This document shows, one piece after another, positions 63,103 to 64,000 of a DNA stretch of 64,000 nt (positions are counted from its first letter, which is position 1; each line of letters opens with the position of its first letter). Below the pieces are notes generated by a model. That model saw only the letters and a list, made by a program, of their open reading frames with translations. It was not told where the DNA came from and searched no databases. The DNA comes from Octopus sinensis (lineage: Eukaryota), in the NCBI RefSeq assembly GCF_006345805.1, contig NC_043000.1, positions 96,224,001 through 96,288,000 on the forward strand. Reading direction: 5' to 3'. The position numbers were made by a program, and so were the translations under genes.

Positions 63103-64000
63103 CAGGGTACAATGGCTAAATTGTCGTCATTTTATATTTTTAATTTCAAAAATGTGCATTGTTTGTTTTTGATTTTGTCAACTATACAGTATAATAGGGT
63201 CAGTTGGGCACCGTCTGTGAGAAAACAGCACCATGACGCAATTCACCCTGCCAGAAGCTCCAATATGAACATTTCAGTGCTTAGGTGTCAATTTGAGGAC
63301 AGTGCAGAGGATTCGAAAGAGTTGGATGAGTTTAATGGCGATTGTGAAGGCAATGGCAGCTTGGAAAACTCACTTTGATTGTTCTGATAAGAAAAGAACT
63401 CCTGAATTTGTTGGTGAGATCTGGGACATGATTGACAACAATCTCTCCAAGTCAATCAAGTCCATTGCCAGGGACATCGGAGTGTCTGAGTCTCTTATCA
63501 GGCAAGTAGTGCATGAAAACATTTGGTGTTCCTCATGCAAGATGAGAAAGGGACAATCTTTATCTCAAGCCACCAAGGACAAGAGGAAAGATCACACTAC
63601 GAAGCTTTCAAACAAACTCAAGCATCCTCTTCAACTGAACATGCTTTGGTTTTTCTCATATGAGAAAAATTTCTGCCAGGATCAGATGGTAAACACACAG
63701 AACAACCATTGGCTAGTTATGTCTCCAAAACATGTACTGAGAGTGATAAAAATCAAACACCCAGTCAACGTCACTAGTGATGATGATGTTATACCTCCAT
63801 TCATCTTCCCACATGGCTTCAGACTCAACACAGAGGCTTACATCAAGTGCCTGGAGGAGATAGTGCTGTCCTGGGTCAAGAGGGTGGCTGCTGGAAGACC
63901 CTATTTCTGGTAACAGGACTTTGCACCATGCCACACAATCAGAACCCAGTTATGGCTGTCTGACAATTTCTGTGACCACATCATCCCTAACATCTGGCAA
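63103..64000 (+). mobile_element. Decayed Tc1/mariner-superfamily transposon (DD37D/maT-like), running off the window
   Basis: CAGGGT terminus after a TA/CA tract; HTH-like SIKSIARDIGVSESLIRQVV; FFSYEK (FSDEK with D to Y); W*QDFAPCHT (QQDxAPxH with a stop). Confidence 0.8.

Overview
AT-rich, intron-rich animal genomic DNA. The SINE and MITE repertoire resembles that of octopod cephalopods (Octopus-like); this is an inference from pattern recognition. Two convergent protein-coding genes were reconstructed exon by exon from splice sites and reading frame. (1) The 3' part of CNOT1 (CCR4-NOT scaffold) is on the + strand: 26 exons from 1 to 26589, about 1,270 C-terminal residues. Its last intron is GC-AG and it is followed by a repeat-free 3' UTR to about 29042. 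(2) The 3' part of PHF14 is on the - strand: 10 exons from 62948 to 39468, about 366 residues, apparently ending without the fourth PHD finger. Introns and the intergenic gap carry tRNA-derived SINEs, two TTAA-flanked piggyBac-type MITE families, RTE and R4/Dong-like LINE fragments, a mariner MITE and a decayed DD37D/maT-like transposon. The most notable signal is a set of Penelope-like retroelement remnants beside (TA)n tracts in PHF14 introns. They carry four minimal type I hammerhead ribozyme motifs: one intact and sense to the PHF14 pre-mRNA (47608-47650), one with a G3-C8 swapped core, and two within long fold-back structures. Most short ORFs in the supplied track are spurious or are partial exons. 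No CRISPR array, rRNA or standalone tRNA was seen.
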